Source of the DNA: an uncultured virus (IMG/VR IMGVR_UViG_3300032286_001748)
Taxonomy: Duplodnaviria; Heunggongvirae; Uroviricota; Caudoviricetes
Virus record (IMG/VR): IMGVR_UViG_3300032286_001748
Length of the DNA: 64,000 nucleotides
Direction: 5' to 3' (one strand)
Below the pieces are notes generated by a model. That model saw only the letters and a list, made by a program, of their open reading frames with translations, did not search any database and had not been told where the DNA came from. Numbering within the stretch: the stretch's first letter is position 1; every line of letters begins with the position of its first letter. The position numbers and the translations under genes were made by a program. Positions 9,339 through 17,869 of this stretch are shown here, piece after piece.

Positions 9339-10126
9339 GTCATCGCTCCGATCCGAACCGCTATCCCGTTGTGCCCCTGGGCGCGAAGCACCGGTAAAAC
9401 ACGCTTCCGGAGCCGGTCGTAGAGCTTCATCACCTTCCGGTTCCCGCCCTGCATCAGCCGCTCGCGCGGCGCGCGCTGGAACACCGAGCCGCCGCGGTAC
9501 AGCACGCCCTTCTTCGCCTGCACCTTCGGCTTGTCGAACTGGTCGCCCGTGATGTCCACGTCGATCCCGTTCACCCGCACCCAGTAGTGCGGGATCAAAC
9601 CGACCTGGCCCGACATGATCTCCCCGCCGAGCAGGTCCTGCACCATCATTGAGGCGAGGAAGCAGTGCCCCGCCGAGGGGTGGTCGGGCTTGCAGTCCCC
9701 GTAGGCCGTGTCGCACGCGAACACGTCTTCGAGGGCGTGCCGCAAGGGCTGGAGGCGCGCGCAGGCCTCCGTGGGAGTGGTGGGCGCCTGCTGGAGCCCG
9801 ATCAGATCGGCCAGCTTCGGGACGTCGGGCTTCCGGTTCGCGGCGCCGCGGGCCCGCGCGCCGCGCTGGCGACGGTGGACCTTGATGCGCTCCAGCATGC
9901 GCGCGTAGGCCTCCATGGCCTCCGCATGCTCGACCTGCTTCGACAGCTCCACCGAACGCAGGAGCCCCTTGAGCGTCGGCACACGGCCGCGCGCGTCGAG
10001 GTAGCCCTTCTCACGCAGGCTCGCCGTACAGATCGCGAAGGCCGACGAGACGGCCTGTTTGGACGCGCCCCGCTTGCCCGCGACCGACCGCACGCAGCGC
10101 CGGAGCTGGTCGGAGGCGGCGCTCAC
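9335..10126 (-). CDS. YunG-like papain/transglutaminase-fold protein
   Basis: AGHCFLASMMVQDLLGGEI...HYWVRVNG..VDITGDQF gives a Cys-His-Asp triad. Confidence 0.65.
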   Translation of the reverse strand: MSAASDQLRRCVRSVAGKRGASKQAVSSAFAICTASLREKGYLDARGRVPTLKGLLRSVELSKQVEHAEAMEAYARMLERIKVHRRQRGARARGAANRKPDVPKLADLIGLQQAPTTPTEACARLQPLRHALEDVFACDTAYGDCKPDHPSAGHCFLASMMVQDLLGGEIMSGQVGLIPHYWVRVNGIDVDITGDQFDKPKVQAKKGVLYRGGSVFQRAPRERLMQGGNRKVMKLYDRLRKRVLPVLRAQGHNGIAVRIGAMT

Positions 10127-11358
10127 CGCGACAGCTCGCGGATCATCTTCCGGCGCTGGAGGCTCTTCTGCTCCCCCACGGCCAGTGAGGCCGCCGTCGA
10201 GGTGCTGGCGGCGCGGACGGCGGGACCGACGAGGTACACCCCGGCGACGATGCCAACGCCGATGACGCCGTACTTCGCGAGCTGAGCCCAGTCCGTCGTG
10301 CCCCCGCCCGCATCGGGCACCACGTTCCCGGCCAGATCGCCCAGGTTCTTGAGCTGGTCAACGCAGGACTGGCGCTGCGCGGGGCTGCGGTTCACGTCCT
10401 GCGCGCACGCCGTCAGCTCCTGGATCGTCGGGAGCATCGCGTTGAAAATGTCCTTGCGTTGCTGGTTTGCCTGCTCCAGCATCTTGGACTCTGCCAGCCA
10501 CGCCGTCGAGGCTTGATAGGTGGCGATGGCGAGGACGATGACGACAACCGCCGCCAGCACCAAAGGAGCGCCCCCGAACGGGGCGCGGGTCGGGCCGCGA
10601 ACCGGCCGGCGGCGGTTGGGGGAGCCGCTGGGGAACAGGAAGGGGCGCGCCTTCTCGACCGGCTGCGCGTACGTCGCCAAGAACGAACGGGCCGCGTTGA
10701 TCGCGTTCTGCTGGCCGGGCGTGAACGCGCGGCCCGAGATCTTCCGCTGCGCCTCGGTCTGCTCCACCGTACGGAGCAGGCCGTCGTAGGCCAAGATCGT
10801 GTCGCGCGCGCGGACCTTCTGGGCGTCTGAAACGGTGGGGTTTCCGCCGAAGTACCGGTAGCACACGGTCGCCCCGGGAGGCGCGAGACGCTTGGCGGCC
10901 TCGAGCTGGCCCGCACGGATCTCGCCCTCGATGGACTCGGGGAGGCTCTCGATCGAGCAGGGGTTGGAGCCCGGCTTCGGAGCCACCTCGATCATGCCCG
11001 GGATCGGAGGCCCGCCGCACACCGGGAGCCCCTGCACGTCGAGCGTTGCCTCCCCGGGACAGGTCACGAAGTAGAGGAGGCCCGGCTTTCCTGCGGCCAC
11101 CCATCCGTTCGCGTTGGAGGCGAGCCATGTCCCTTCAGCCGGCGTCACCTCGTGCCGGAACGCGCTGAACCCGCGCCGGGACAGCTCCGATACGACGGCT
11201 TCGTCCCACGTCAGGAACCCCTTGCCCTTGAGGAGCGCGTAGAACGCGGGCGGCGTCGTGTTGGCATCGAGCGTGTCGGGATCGAACACCGCGAGCTTCA
11301 ACGCAGCCCCGTAGGAAGCGCGACGAGGAGGGGGGACGAGGGTGCCGAGGAAGTCCAT
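10123..11358 (-). CDS. Two-TM protein with shared C-terminal tail
   Basis: 411 aa; RBS TGGAGTCTCCTCC; tail closely similar to that of 4355..5080. Confidence 0.75.
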   Translation of the reverse strand: MDFLGTLVPPPRRASYGAALKLAVFDPDTLDANTTPPAFYALLKGKGFLTWDEAVVSELSRRGFSAFRHEVTPAEGTWLASNANGWVAAGKPGLLYFVTCPGEATLDVQGLPVCGGPPIPGMIEVAPKPGSNPCSIESLPESIEGEIRAGQLEAAKRLAPPGATVCYRYFGGNPTVSDAQKVRARDTILAYDGLLRTVEQTEAQRKISGRAFTPGQQNAINAARSFLATYAQPVEKARPFLFPSGSPNRRRPVRGPTRAPFGGAPLVLAAVVVIVLAIATYQASTAWLAESKMLEQANQQRKDIFNAMLPTIQELTACAQDVNRSPAQRQSCVDQLKNLGDLAGNVVPDAGGGTTDWAQLAKYGVIGVGIVAGVYLVGPAVRAASTSTAASLAVGEQKSLQRRKMIRELSR

Positions 11359-11373
11359 GGAGGAGACTCCAGA

Positions 11374-11868
11374 TCAGAGGGCGGGAAGAGGGTCGGAACC
11401 GCGTTCCGTGAGGTAGGTCTTGAGCGCCTTTCGCATCGCGAGAAGATCGCCCGTGCTGAGCGGGTGAACCACGAAGCCTGCGCGCTGTAACGCCTCTCTG
11501 TACAGCTTTGACCCCACTACGTCCACCTCGGGGCCCACCTGCCCCTTCTGTCGTTGCAGCAGGGGGAGGATCGTCTCGACCGCGACCTCGTTCTTGGCCT
11601 TCGGGCGCTCGGACAGGACGGCGTCGTAGTCCTTCACACGCTCGGTGACCGACGCGAGGCCGTGCTCGGCCGAGAGGACGTAGACGGGGAAAGGAAGGGT
11701 GCCCCCACGCCGGTCGCGCGCGGCGCGGTAGGTGCTCCAGAACGGCCCGAGGTACAGCTCGCCCACGGGGTGGACCCCGGGTCGCTTCGCCCCTCCGCAC
11801 TGGATCACGAGGGCGCGCGCGCGCCTCTCGGGCGCCGCGTAGCGGGCGAGGAAGTCCGCGAGGTTCAT
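11374..11868 (-). CDS. DUF6884/YaaA-like protein with tag B leader
   Basis: VIQCGGAKR...ELYLGPFW...VLSAEHGL...DYDAVL; starts MNLADFLARY. Confidence 0.7.
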   Translation of the reverse strand: MNLADFLARYAAPERRARALVIQCGGAKRPGVHPVGELYLGPFWSTYRAARDRRGGTLPFPVYVLSAEHGLASVTERVKDYDAVLSERPKAKNEVAVETILPLLQRQKGQVGPEVDVVGSKLYREALQRAGFVVHPLSTGDLLAMRKALKTYLTERGSDPLPAL

Positions 11869-13352
11869 CGGGTCTTCCACGTCGACAGGAAAGACGAGAG
11901 GGAGGCGGCCGCGGGGGCGGGGACGGTGCGCGTGCGCGCCTTCGCGGCCTCCAGCATCTGCACCCGCGCCGCGTTGGCGGGGTTCATCCGGAACAGCTCC
12001 CCCGTCAGCTCGTCCGCTTGCAGCGCATCGTGAAGCCGGCGACGGGCGCCCTCGGGGTTCGATACGCCCCGCGGGTAGTCGAGCACGCCGCGCCGGATCC
12101 CAACGCCCACCCCTGCCATCCACGCGCCCACCCGCGGGTCCGAGAGGGGGAGACCGACCTCCCGCTCCAACCAGCGCAGCAGGCCCTCCTCGGAAGGAGG
12201 CGGAGAAAGAACGCGGCGGGTGGCGAGGTGGCGACGGGTGTCGGGCGCGAAGCGCGCCGCACGGCGCGCCCAGGCTTCGTCCACGGCCTCGTACAGGTAG
12301 TCTCCGCCCCCCGCCTCCTCGCGCGCCTCCAGGAAGTCCTCGATGGGCCCCTCAACGAGGAGGTCAACGAGCGCCTCCTCCAGCCTCGCGTCCTTCGCGA
12401 TGCGGCGGCGCTCCGCAGGTGTCGTCCACGCGAAGAGGTCGAGGAAGTTCTCAGTTTCATCCCCGAGCGAATCCCCCTCTTCATCCGTGATGTCGGCATC
12501 GGCCCCCGACCACGGGTCCAGCTCCAGCGCGCCCGTGTCCACGAGCCGGCCCGCGCGCGTCAACGGACGCCCCTCGGCCCGCATCGCGCCGAAGCGGTTG
12601 CTGTCCCCCTGAAGGACCGTCTCCGGAGACGCGCTCCGCACCGTCCGCGCCAGCCGCTCCCAGTCCGCGTTCTCTGTGCCCACGCCAAGGAAGTGGATGC
12701 GCGCCGGGCGCCGCCCTCGTAGGTACGCCGCCAGATCGTCCATCGACGGCTTGACGGGCACCTTGTTGGTCCAGGGGATGGCGGGGTGGACCTGCGCGAA
12801 GTCGTCGTACCCGACCCCCGCCGCGCACTCCAGCTCGCCCGCATTTTGGGCGAGGGAGTACCCTCCCTTTCGATATTGGATCGGGAGGAGGAGGTGGGCT
12901 CCGAGGTTCAGCAGCGTCCGCAGACGCGGAGCCGCCTTCCGCAGCCGCGCCTCGGTCCCCGCGAAGCTCCCTACCTCGTCGGGCGCCACGAGGAAGATCC
13001 GATCACCACCTGCCTGTGCGAGCGCCTCGTACCGGTCAAGGACCGTGTCCCAGTCCGCATCGGAGAAGCCGCCCGTCGACTCGGAGTAGGCCCCGCTGTC
13101 CACGAAGATCGGAGTCCGGGTCGTGCGGTTTGTCGCGCGCACGAGACGCACGAACTGGTCGAAGACTCGCTCGCTCATGCGCTTGACCGCGATGCCGACG
13201 GGCATCCCCTTCTCCATCAGCGCCTGGTACTCGCCCGCGTAGTCCACCGCGCTCCAGAACACGAGCGAGGGCGCCTGACGCGCAGCCGGGGCCTGCGAGC
13301 GGGCAGTCTGTGCCCCCGCCGGGTACGCCGCGAGGAACTGCGCGAGGGTCAT
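11865..13352 (-). CDS. tRNA-guanine transglycosylase (TGT/DpdA)-like protein with tag B leader
   Basis: IFVDSGAYS, LVAPDEVG, LLPIQ, IHFLGVG and QGDS in TGT-barrel order; starts MTLAQFLAAY at ATG 13352. Confidence 0.7.
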   Translation of the reverse strand: MTLAQFLAAYPAGAQTARSQAPAARQAPSLVFWSAVDYAGEYQALMEKGMPVGIAVKRMSERVFDQFVRLVRATNRTTRTPIFVDSGAYSESTGGFSDADWDTVLDRYEALAQAGGDRIFLVAPDEVGSFAGTEARLRKAAPRLRTLLNLGAHLLLPIQYRKGGYSLAQNAGELECAAGVGYDDFAQVHPAIPWTNKVPVKPSMDDLAAYLRGRRPARIHFLGVGTENADWERLARTVRSASPETVLQGDSNRFGAMRAEGRPLTRAGRLVDTGALELDPWSGADADITDEEGDSLGDETENFLDLFAWTTPAERRRIAKDARLEEALVDLLVEGPIEDFLEAREEAGGGDYLYEAVDEAWARRAARFAPDTRRHLATRRVLSPPPSEEGLLRWLEREVGLPLSDPRVGAWMAGVGVGIRRGVLDYPRGVSNPEGARRRLHDALQADELTGELFRMNPANAARVQMLEAAKARTRTVPAPAAASLSSFLSTWKTR

Positions 13353-15172
13353 CTCCGACGCGCCCGCACGACCGACGTGCCGAGGCCGATGGCGACGGTC
13401 GTCACGAGGATGCCGCCGAGGAGCCACGGGAGGACGCTGGGCTCCGAGGCCGGAGGCGCGACCGCCACCGGCTGCGCCCGCTCCACAACCGGCATCGCGA
13501 CGAAGGCCGCCGCCGCCGTGTCCCCGCGCACCTTCTGCGCCCCGTCCTTGTCGCTCGGCGCCTCGACGTAGCGCGCGAACAGGCCCGTCCACGCCGAGAA
13601 CGGCGTCGATCCGGGCACCTTCACCTCGGTCTCCGCGAGAGAGGTGAAGAACTTCCGCACCTCCCCGAAGCGCCGGGCGATACGCGCCGTGTTGAGGAAT
13701 GCGTCCTTGCGGTCTGCCTTCGACATTCCGATCCCCGCGCCGTCCTCGCGAAGCTGGAACAGGCCCACGGCCTTCGCACTGTCGCCCTCGATAGCCGCGT
13801 CGAGGTTCGACTCGTAGGCCGCGTTCACGACGGCGGCGACCAGGAGCCGCTGGAGGAGCGCGGTGCGCGCCGGCTCCGAAGGGCCCGCGTACCGCAGGGC
13901 GAAGCTGTCCACGAGCGGCCACAGGACGGACGCGATGACGCGGATGTTCTGCCAGGCCGGCGTGCCGGGGACGATCGACAGCACGTCGATCCCCTTCTTG
14001 CGGGTCAACGAGAGCGCGCTCGGCCACGGGATGGCGCGGAAGGTGTCCGAGCCCGACAGGTCGAGGATCGTGTCTGCGAGCGGAACCGAGACGGTGCGCG
14101 GCTTCGGCTCCAGCGTGGTCACCACGAGCGCATCGCCCTGGATCCCCTTGACCTGGCCCTCGGTGATCGTCACCGTTCCGTCCTTGTTGCGGGTCCGGAA
14201 GAAAACCGGGGCCGGGTAGTTCTCCACCCCTTCCGACAGCCGACGCTGGAGCGCCGCCACGACCGAGGACGGAAGCGGAGACGCCGAGACCGGCGTGGCG
14301 CCGAAGGTGGCCGACGACCCCTTGCGCGCGGGGCCCCGCTCCAGCGCGAACACGATGGGCGTGCGGTTGGTCGAGCCCTCGTCCTCAACCGCCGCCTCCA
14401 CGGCCGCCGTCTGCGCGCTCGGCTTGAACGCGAGCGCGTCGAAGCTCTCCTTGGAGAGCACCTTGCGGAGTTGGCGCACCTGCTGCTGGAGCGCGTTGCG
14501 GTCGGCGTTCGCGAGGAAGGCGCGCTGGAGGTTTCGGATCTGGCCCGGGAGGGGCCGCAGCCGATCCTGCTGGCTCCCGTCCTCGTCGAGCTGGACGGCC
14601 TCCTCCGCGAGGGCCTCGGACTTCAACAGGTGCTTGCGAATGCAGTCGGGGCAGTGCTTCGCGGGCTGGGCGAGGTGGTCCTCCAGCAGGATCAGCTCCT
14701 TCGCCATCTCGCGCAGGTTGTGGCGCGGGTCGAACACGTCGAGGAGCCCCTTCGGCTCGGCCGCGAGCGCGGACGCGCGGTTCGCGCCCCCGTCCAGCAC
14801 CATGGCGCGGCGGCGCCGGGCGACGGGGAGGTCTTCGTCGATCAGATCGTCCAGCTCGTCCTCGGTCCACGGTACGTCGGCCAGCAGCAGGGTCGGACCG
14901 CCTCCACGCGTGGCCCACGGGCGCGGGCCCGGCCGACCGGGGCCGCGCCCCGGGCGCCCCCCGCCTCCGCGCCCGCCCCGGCCTGCGGCGTCCTTCTGGA
15001 GGCCCCGGCCCAACTGCTTGGCGACATGTTGCGCGAGCGACTCGAGATCGGCCTTCGCCAGCGGCGTGGCGCGCGGCGAGCGGAGCGGGCGCAGCAGCGT
15101 GTCCGTGTCGCGCAGCAGGCGCTCCACGTCCTCGTTGGGGTCGAAGCGCTCCAGCACGTCGATCGTGTTCAT
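13349..15172 (-). CDS. Multidomain protein: CxxC-H helical domain, lysozyme-like domain, C-terminal TM
   Basis: DPRHNLREMAKELILLEDHL..KHCPDCIRKH; later VNAAYESNL..GD..AVGLFQL...FARYVEAP (lysozyme/transglycosylase-like); TM LPWLLGGILVTTVAIGLG. Confidence 0.7.
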   Translation of the reverse strand: MNTIDVLERFDPNEDVERLLRDTDTLLRPLRSPRATPLAKADLESLAQHVAKQLGRGLQKDAAGRGGRGGGGRPGRGPGRPGPRPWATRGGGPTLLLADVPWTEDELDDLIDEDLPVARRRRAMVLDGGANRASALAAEPKGLLDVFDPRHNLREMAKELILLEDHLAQPAKHCPDCIRKHLLKSEALAEEAVQLDEDGSQQDRLRPLPGQIRNLQRAFLANADRNALQQQVRQLRKVLSKESFDALAFKPSAQTAAVEAAVEDEGSTNRTPIVFALERGPARKGSSATFGATPVSASPLPSSVVAALQRRLSEGVENYPAPVFFRTRNKDGTVTITEGQVKGIQGDALVVTTLEPKPRTVSVPLADTILDLSGSDTFRAIPWPSALSLTRKKGIDVLSIVPGTPAWQNIRVIASVLWPLVDSFALRYAGPSEPARTALLQRLLVAAVVNAAYESNLDAAIEGDSAKAVGLFQLREDGAGIGMSKADRKDAFLNTARIARRFGEVRKFFTSLAETEVKVPGSTPFSAWTGLFARYVEAPSDKDGAQKVRGDTAAAAFVAMPVVERAQPVAVAPPASEPSVLPWLLGGILVTTVAIGLGTSVVRARRR

Positions 15173-15852
15173 GCGGAATCCTGTCCAGAAGGGGCGAAGA
15201 GGAGGAGGGCGCCGGCCGTGAGGAAGGCGGCGCCCACACCGACCGCCCATCCGCTGGCCGCAGAGGGGGGCGTTCGGTTGAGGGAGGGGCGACCCGTGCG
15301 CTGCGGACGCAGCTCGTCCACGAGCGCCGACCGGTTCAGGTCAGGGCGCTTGGCGACGAGCATCTCCGCGAGCTTCCGCGGCGGGTCGTCGGACTTCGCG
15401 AGCACCTGCCCCAGTTGAATGGGGGTCAGGCCGAGGACGGGGAGGAGCGTCTCGCGCACCCAGCGCGTCTCCTCGGGGTAGGTCGGCTGGTGCTCGTCCG
15501 CGCTCTGGCGCAGGTCCGCGGCGATGGCCTCGGTGAGGCCCTCCGCGACGTAGCGGGAGAGCCGGTCGGCGTTGATGCCGGCCTTGTGGACCAGCTCGTG
15601 GAGGACAGACCAGCTCGCTTGCCGCAGCACATAAATATCGTTTCCTACTTGAAACCCAACTACGCCTCGACTATCATCTTGATTCCATCCATGCTTACCC
15701 ATCACCTTCCCCATCTCCGAAGTCTCAACGATGTAGCAGCGCGTCTCCCCTAAGGAGACGCCAAGCGCTTTCTGGATTCGATCCACAAAAATCGCCTGCT
15801 TATGACAAGCCTTGCCTGGAGGAGCGGAACGGGCCGAGGGGGAGGAGACCAT
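15169..15852 (-). CDS. Zincin-like metallopeptidase with C-terminal TM
   Basis: VLHELVH followed by EGLTE (gluzincin-type third ligand). Confidence 0.75.
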   Translation of the reverse strand: MVSSPSARSAPPGKACHKQAIFVDRIQKALGVSLGETRCYIVETSEMGKVMGKHGWNQDDSRGVVGFQVGNDIYVLRQASWSVLHELVHKAGINADRLSRYVAEGLTEAIAADLRQSADEHQPTYPEETRWVRETLLPVLGLTPIQLGQVLAKSDDPPRKLAEMLVAKRPDLNRSALVDELRPQRTGRPSLNRTPPSAASGWAVGVGAAFLTAGALLLFAPSGQDSA

Positions 15853-15881
15853 GAAGGACCTCTAACTGACGAGGCGCTGAG

Positions 15882-17009
15882 ATGACGCCGTGGACACGAA
15901 TCGCATACCGCAGTACCGGCGTCTACGCCATCACCTGTCGAACAACCGGAAAGCGGTACATCGGCAGTGCCCAGCGGTCCTTCGGGGATCGGTGGTCCCG
16001 CCATCTCTTGAACCTGGAGCGCGGAAGCCATCCCAACTCACACCTTCAAAACGCATGGACCAAATACGGTTGCGAAGACTTTGACTTCACGATCCTCGAC
16101 ATCCTATCTGGTAAAGACGCCGTTCAGCGAGAACAGGACTACTTCGATGTCGAGATCGAACTCCGAAAAAACGGAAACGACAAGGGGAACCTATTCAACT
16201 GCTCCCTGATCGCCCGTGGCGAACGACGTCTGTGCAGTCAGGAGACCGCCATGCGAATCCGGGAGTACAAGCGCATCCATCCTGAAAGCGTGAGACGAGG
16301 AGACCAGAGCGGCGCACGCCTTCATCCTGAACGGATGGCATCTGGAGACGACAATGGTTCCCGACTGCATCCGGAGTCTCGACCTCGAGGCGACAATCAC
16401 TGGACACGAAAGATGCCCGAACGGATGCAGAGTGGAAACAGCCACTGGACGCGTCGACTTCCAGAGAAGGTTCCCAGAGGGGAAACTTCCGGACCTCGGC
16501 TGTATCCAGAAAGGAGGCCGCGCGGAGACGCACATCACGCTCGGAGAACCCCAGAAGTCATGTCACGCGGAGACGAGCACTATCTGCGCCTGCACCCCGA
16601 GAAGATACGACGTGGAGTAGATGCGGGAAACGCCAAGATCAACGACGTGATCGCCCAAGAGATACTGTACCGCCATGCTGCCGGAGAGTCCGGAGCCTCC
16701 ATCGAGAGGAGCATGGGCCTCAAAAACAAGTACGCGTACAGTGTGATCCGTCGTAAATCGTGGGCTCATGTGCCTGTTGTTGAAGCTCCGCCAACCTACA
16801 GTCCTCCGGAGTCAAACCTACGAATCGGAGAGAACGCGGCGCATGTCAAGGTAAGCGAGGCCCTCGTGCGCGACATCCTGCAGCGTCACGCGCGCGGAGA
16901 ATCTGGAGCCTTCATCAAGAAGGCGCTCAAACTCGATGAAATGGGCCTCTCCGACAAGTACGTCTATGACGTCATCAAGCGAAAAATCTGGAAGTCTGTC
17001 GTGATCTGA
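15882..17009 (+). CDS. Free-standing GIY-YIG homing endonuclease
   Basis: GVYAI...YIGSA..R...H..N..LQNAWTKYG..E; seven 15-aa repeats; two C-terminal HTH-like repeats; lower GC and opposite strand to its neighbours. Confidence 0.9.
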   Translation: MTPWTRIAYRSTGVYAITCRTTGKRYIGSAQRSFGDRWSRHLLNLERGSHPNSHLQNAWTKYGCEDFDFTILDILSGKDAVQREQDYFDVEIELRKNGNDKGNLFNCSLIARGERRLCSQETAMRIREYKRIHPESVRRGDQSGARLHPERMASGDDNGSRLHPESRPRGDNHWTRKMPERMQSGNSHWTRRLPEKVPRGETSGPRLYPERRPRGDAHHARRTPEVMSRGDEHYLRLHPEKIRRGVDAGNAKINDVIAQEILYRHAAGESGASIERSMGLKNKYAYSVIRRKSWAHVPVVEAPPTYSPPESNLRIGENAAHVKVSEALVRDILQRHARGESGAFIKKALKLDEMGLSDKYVYDVIKRKIWKSVVI

Positions 17010-17013
17010 GCCG

Positions 17014-17835
17014 TCATGCGCGTTCGATCCTCGCGAGCGTGTCCTTCCAGGGGTAGTAGCGCTCGAAGGTGTCTCCGTCGATCGGATCGACCCGGTCCTT
17101 CGCGCTGAGGGGCAGGGAGCCCCCGAGGTCGAACAGGACGAGCTGGGGGCCACGCGTCGTCGCGCGCCACCCGAAGTTGTGCCGGTGGGTGTCCATCAGC
17201 GGGATCCCCAGGTTCCAGAAGACGCGTTGGATCGTCGCGAACGCGGCGAGGTCGGGCTCCGAGTCGAGTGCATCCCACCCGTCAAGGATCTGCATGGACA
17301 CATCGAGCCGCATCTGGGGTGTCTTGGTGCGCTTCTTGCCCAGGTCGAACCACGCGGCCCAGCCGTCGAAGTGCGCGTTGAGCGCCTCCTTCACCGAAGG
17401 AGAGACGTTGGCGGCGTCGGAGACGGGCATCACGTCCTCGCGGAGGAGCGCGAACACCGGCACGTCGTGCCCCTGGTGGCGCACCTTGCCCGGGAGCTTC
17501 ACAATCTTCTCGACCACCACGAAGGCCGCGCGGGAGGCCGCGCGTAGCTCTGGGTCGCTCCCGTTCTGGAGGCGCTGCAGCTCAAAACCGATCACCGGCT
17601 CGGCGTCGTCCGTCGTGAGCTTCACGACCCGGCCGTCGTCCGTGGCGAGCGCCACCCCGAACTCCCCGAAGCCCAGCGGCGGGACGAGGTTGCCCGAGGG
17701 GGTGCGCGCGAGCGACACGCCAAGCCCGCCCTCAATCGCGTCGAGGTGGGTGCGGAGGTAGGGGGCGATCCAGCGCGCCTTGGCGGCGGTGGGAGCCCCC
17801 TTCATCGTGAAGGGCGCGATGCGCTCGGGGGGCAT
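17014..17835 (-). CDS. Protein kinase-like enzyme
   Basis: LGFGEFGVAL, VVKLT..E, MDTHRHNFG, VLFDLG; GAGG RBS before ATG 17835. Confidence 0.75.
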   Translation of the reverse strand: MPPERIAPFTMKGAPTAAKARWIAPYLRTHLDAIEGGLGVSLARTPSGNLVPPLGFGEFGVALATDDGRVVKLTTDDAEPVIGFELQRLQNGSDPELRAASRAAFVVVEKIVKLPGKVRHQGHDVPVFALLREDVMPVSDAANVSPSVKEALNAHFDGWAAWFDLGKKRTKTPQMRLDVSMQILDGWDALDSEPDLAAFATIQRVFWNLGIPLMDTHRHNFGWRATTRGPQLVLFDLGGSLPLSAKDRVDPIDGDTFERYYPWKDTLARIERA

Positions 17836-17869
17836 GGGAACCTCGAGGAGGGGGTAACCGGGGGAGGGG

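Noticed and set aside
11865..14027. ORF-track N-terminal extensions (also 30057..32894, 32435..34114, 23146..24696, 8703..9716)
   Set aside because: The extensions overlap upstream genes; internal starts with ATGA/GTGA coupling and tag motifs are better supported.
15853..17013. Group I intron or intein around the GIY-YIG gene
   Set aside because: The flanking genes look complete, and the intergenic gaps (29 and 4 nt) leave no room for a ribozyme core.
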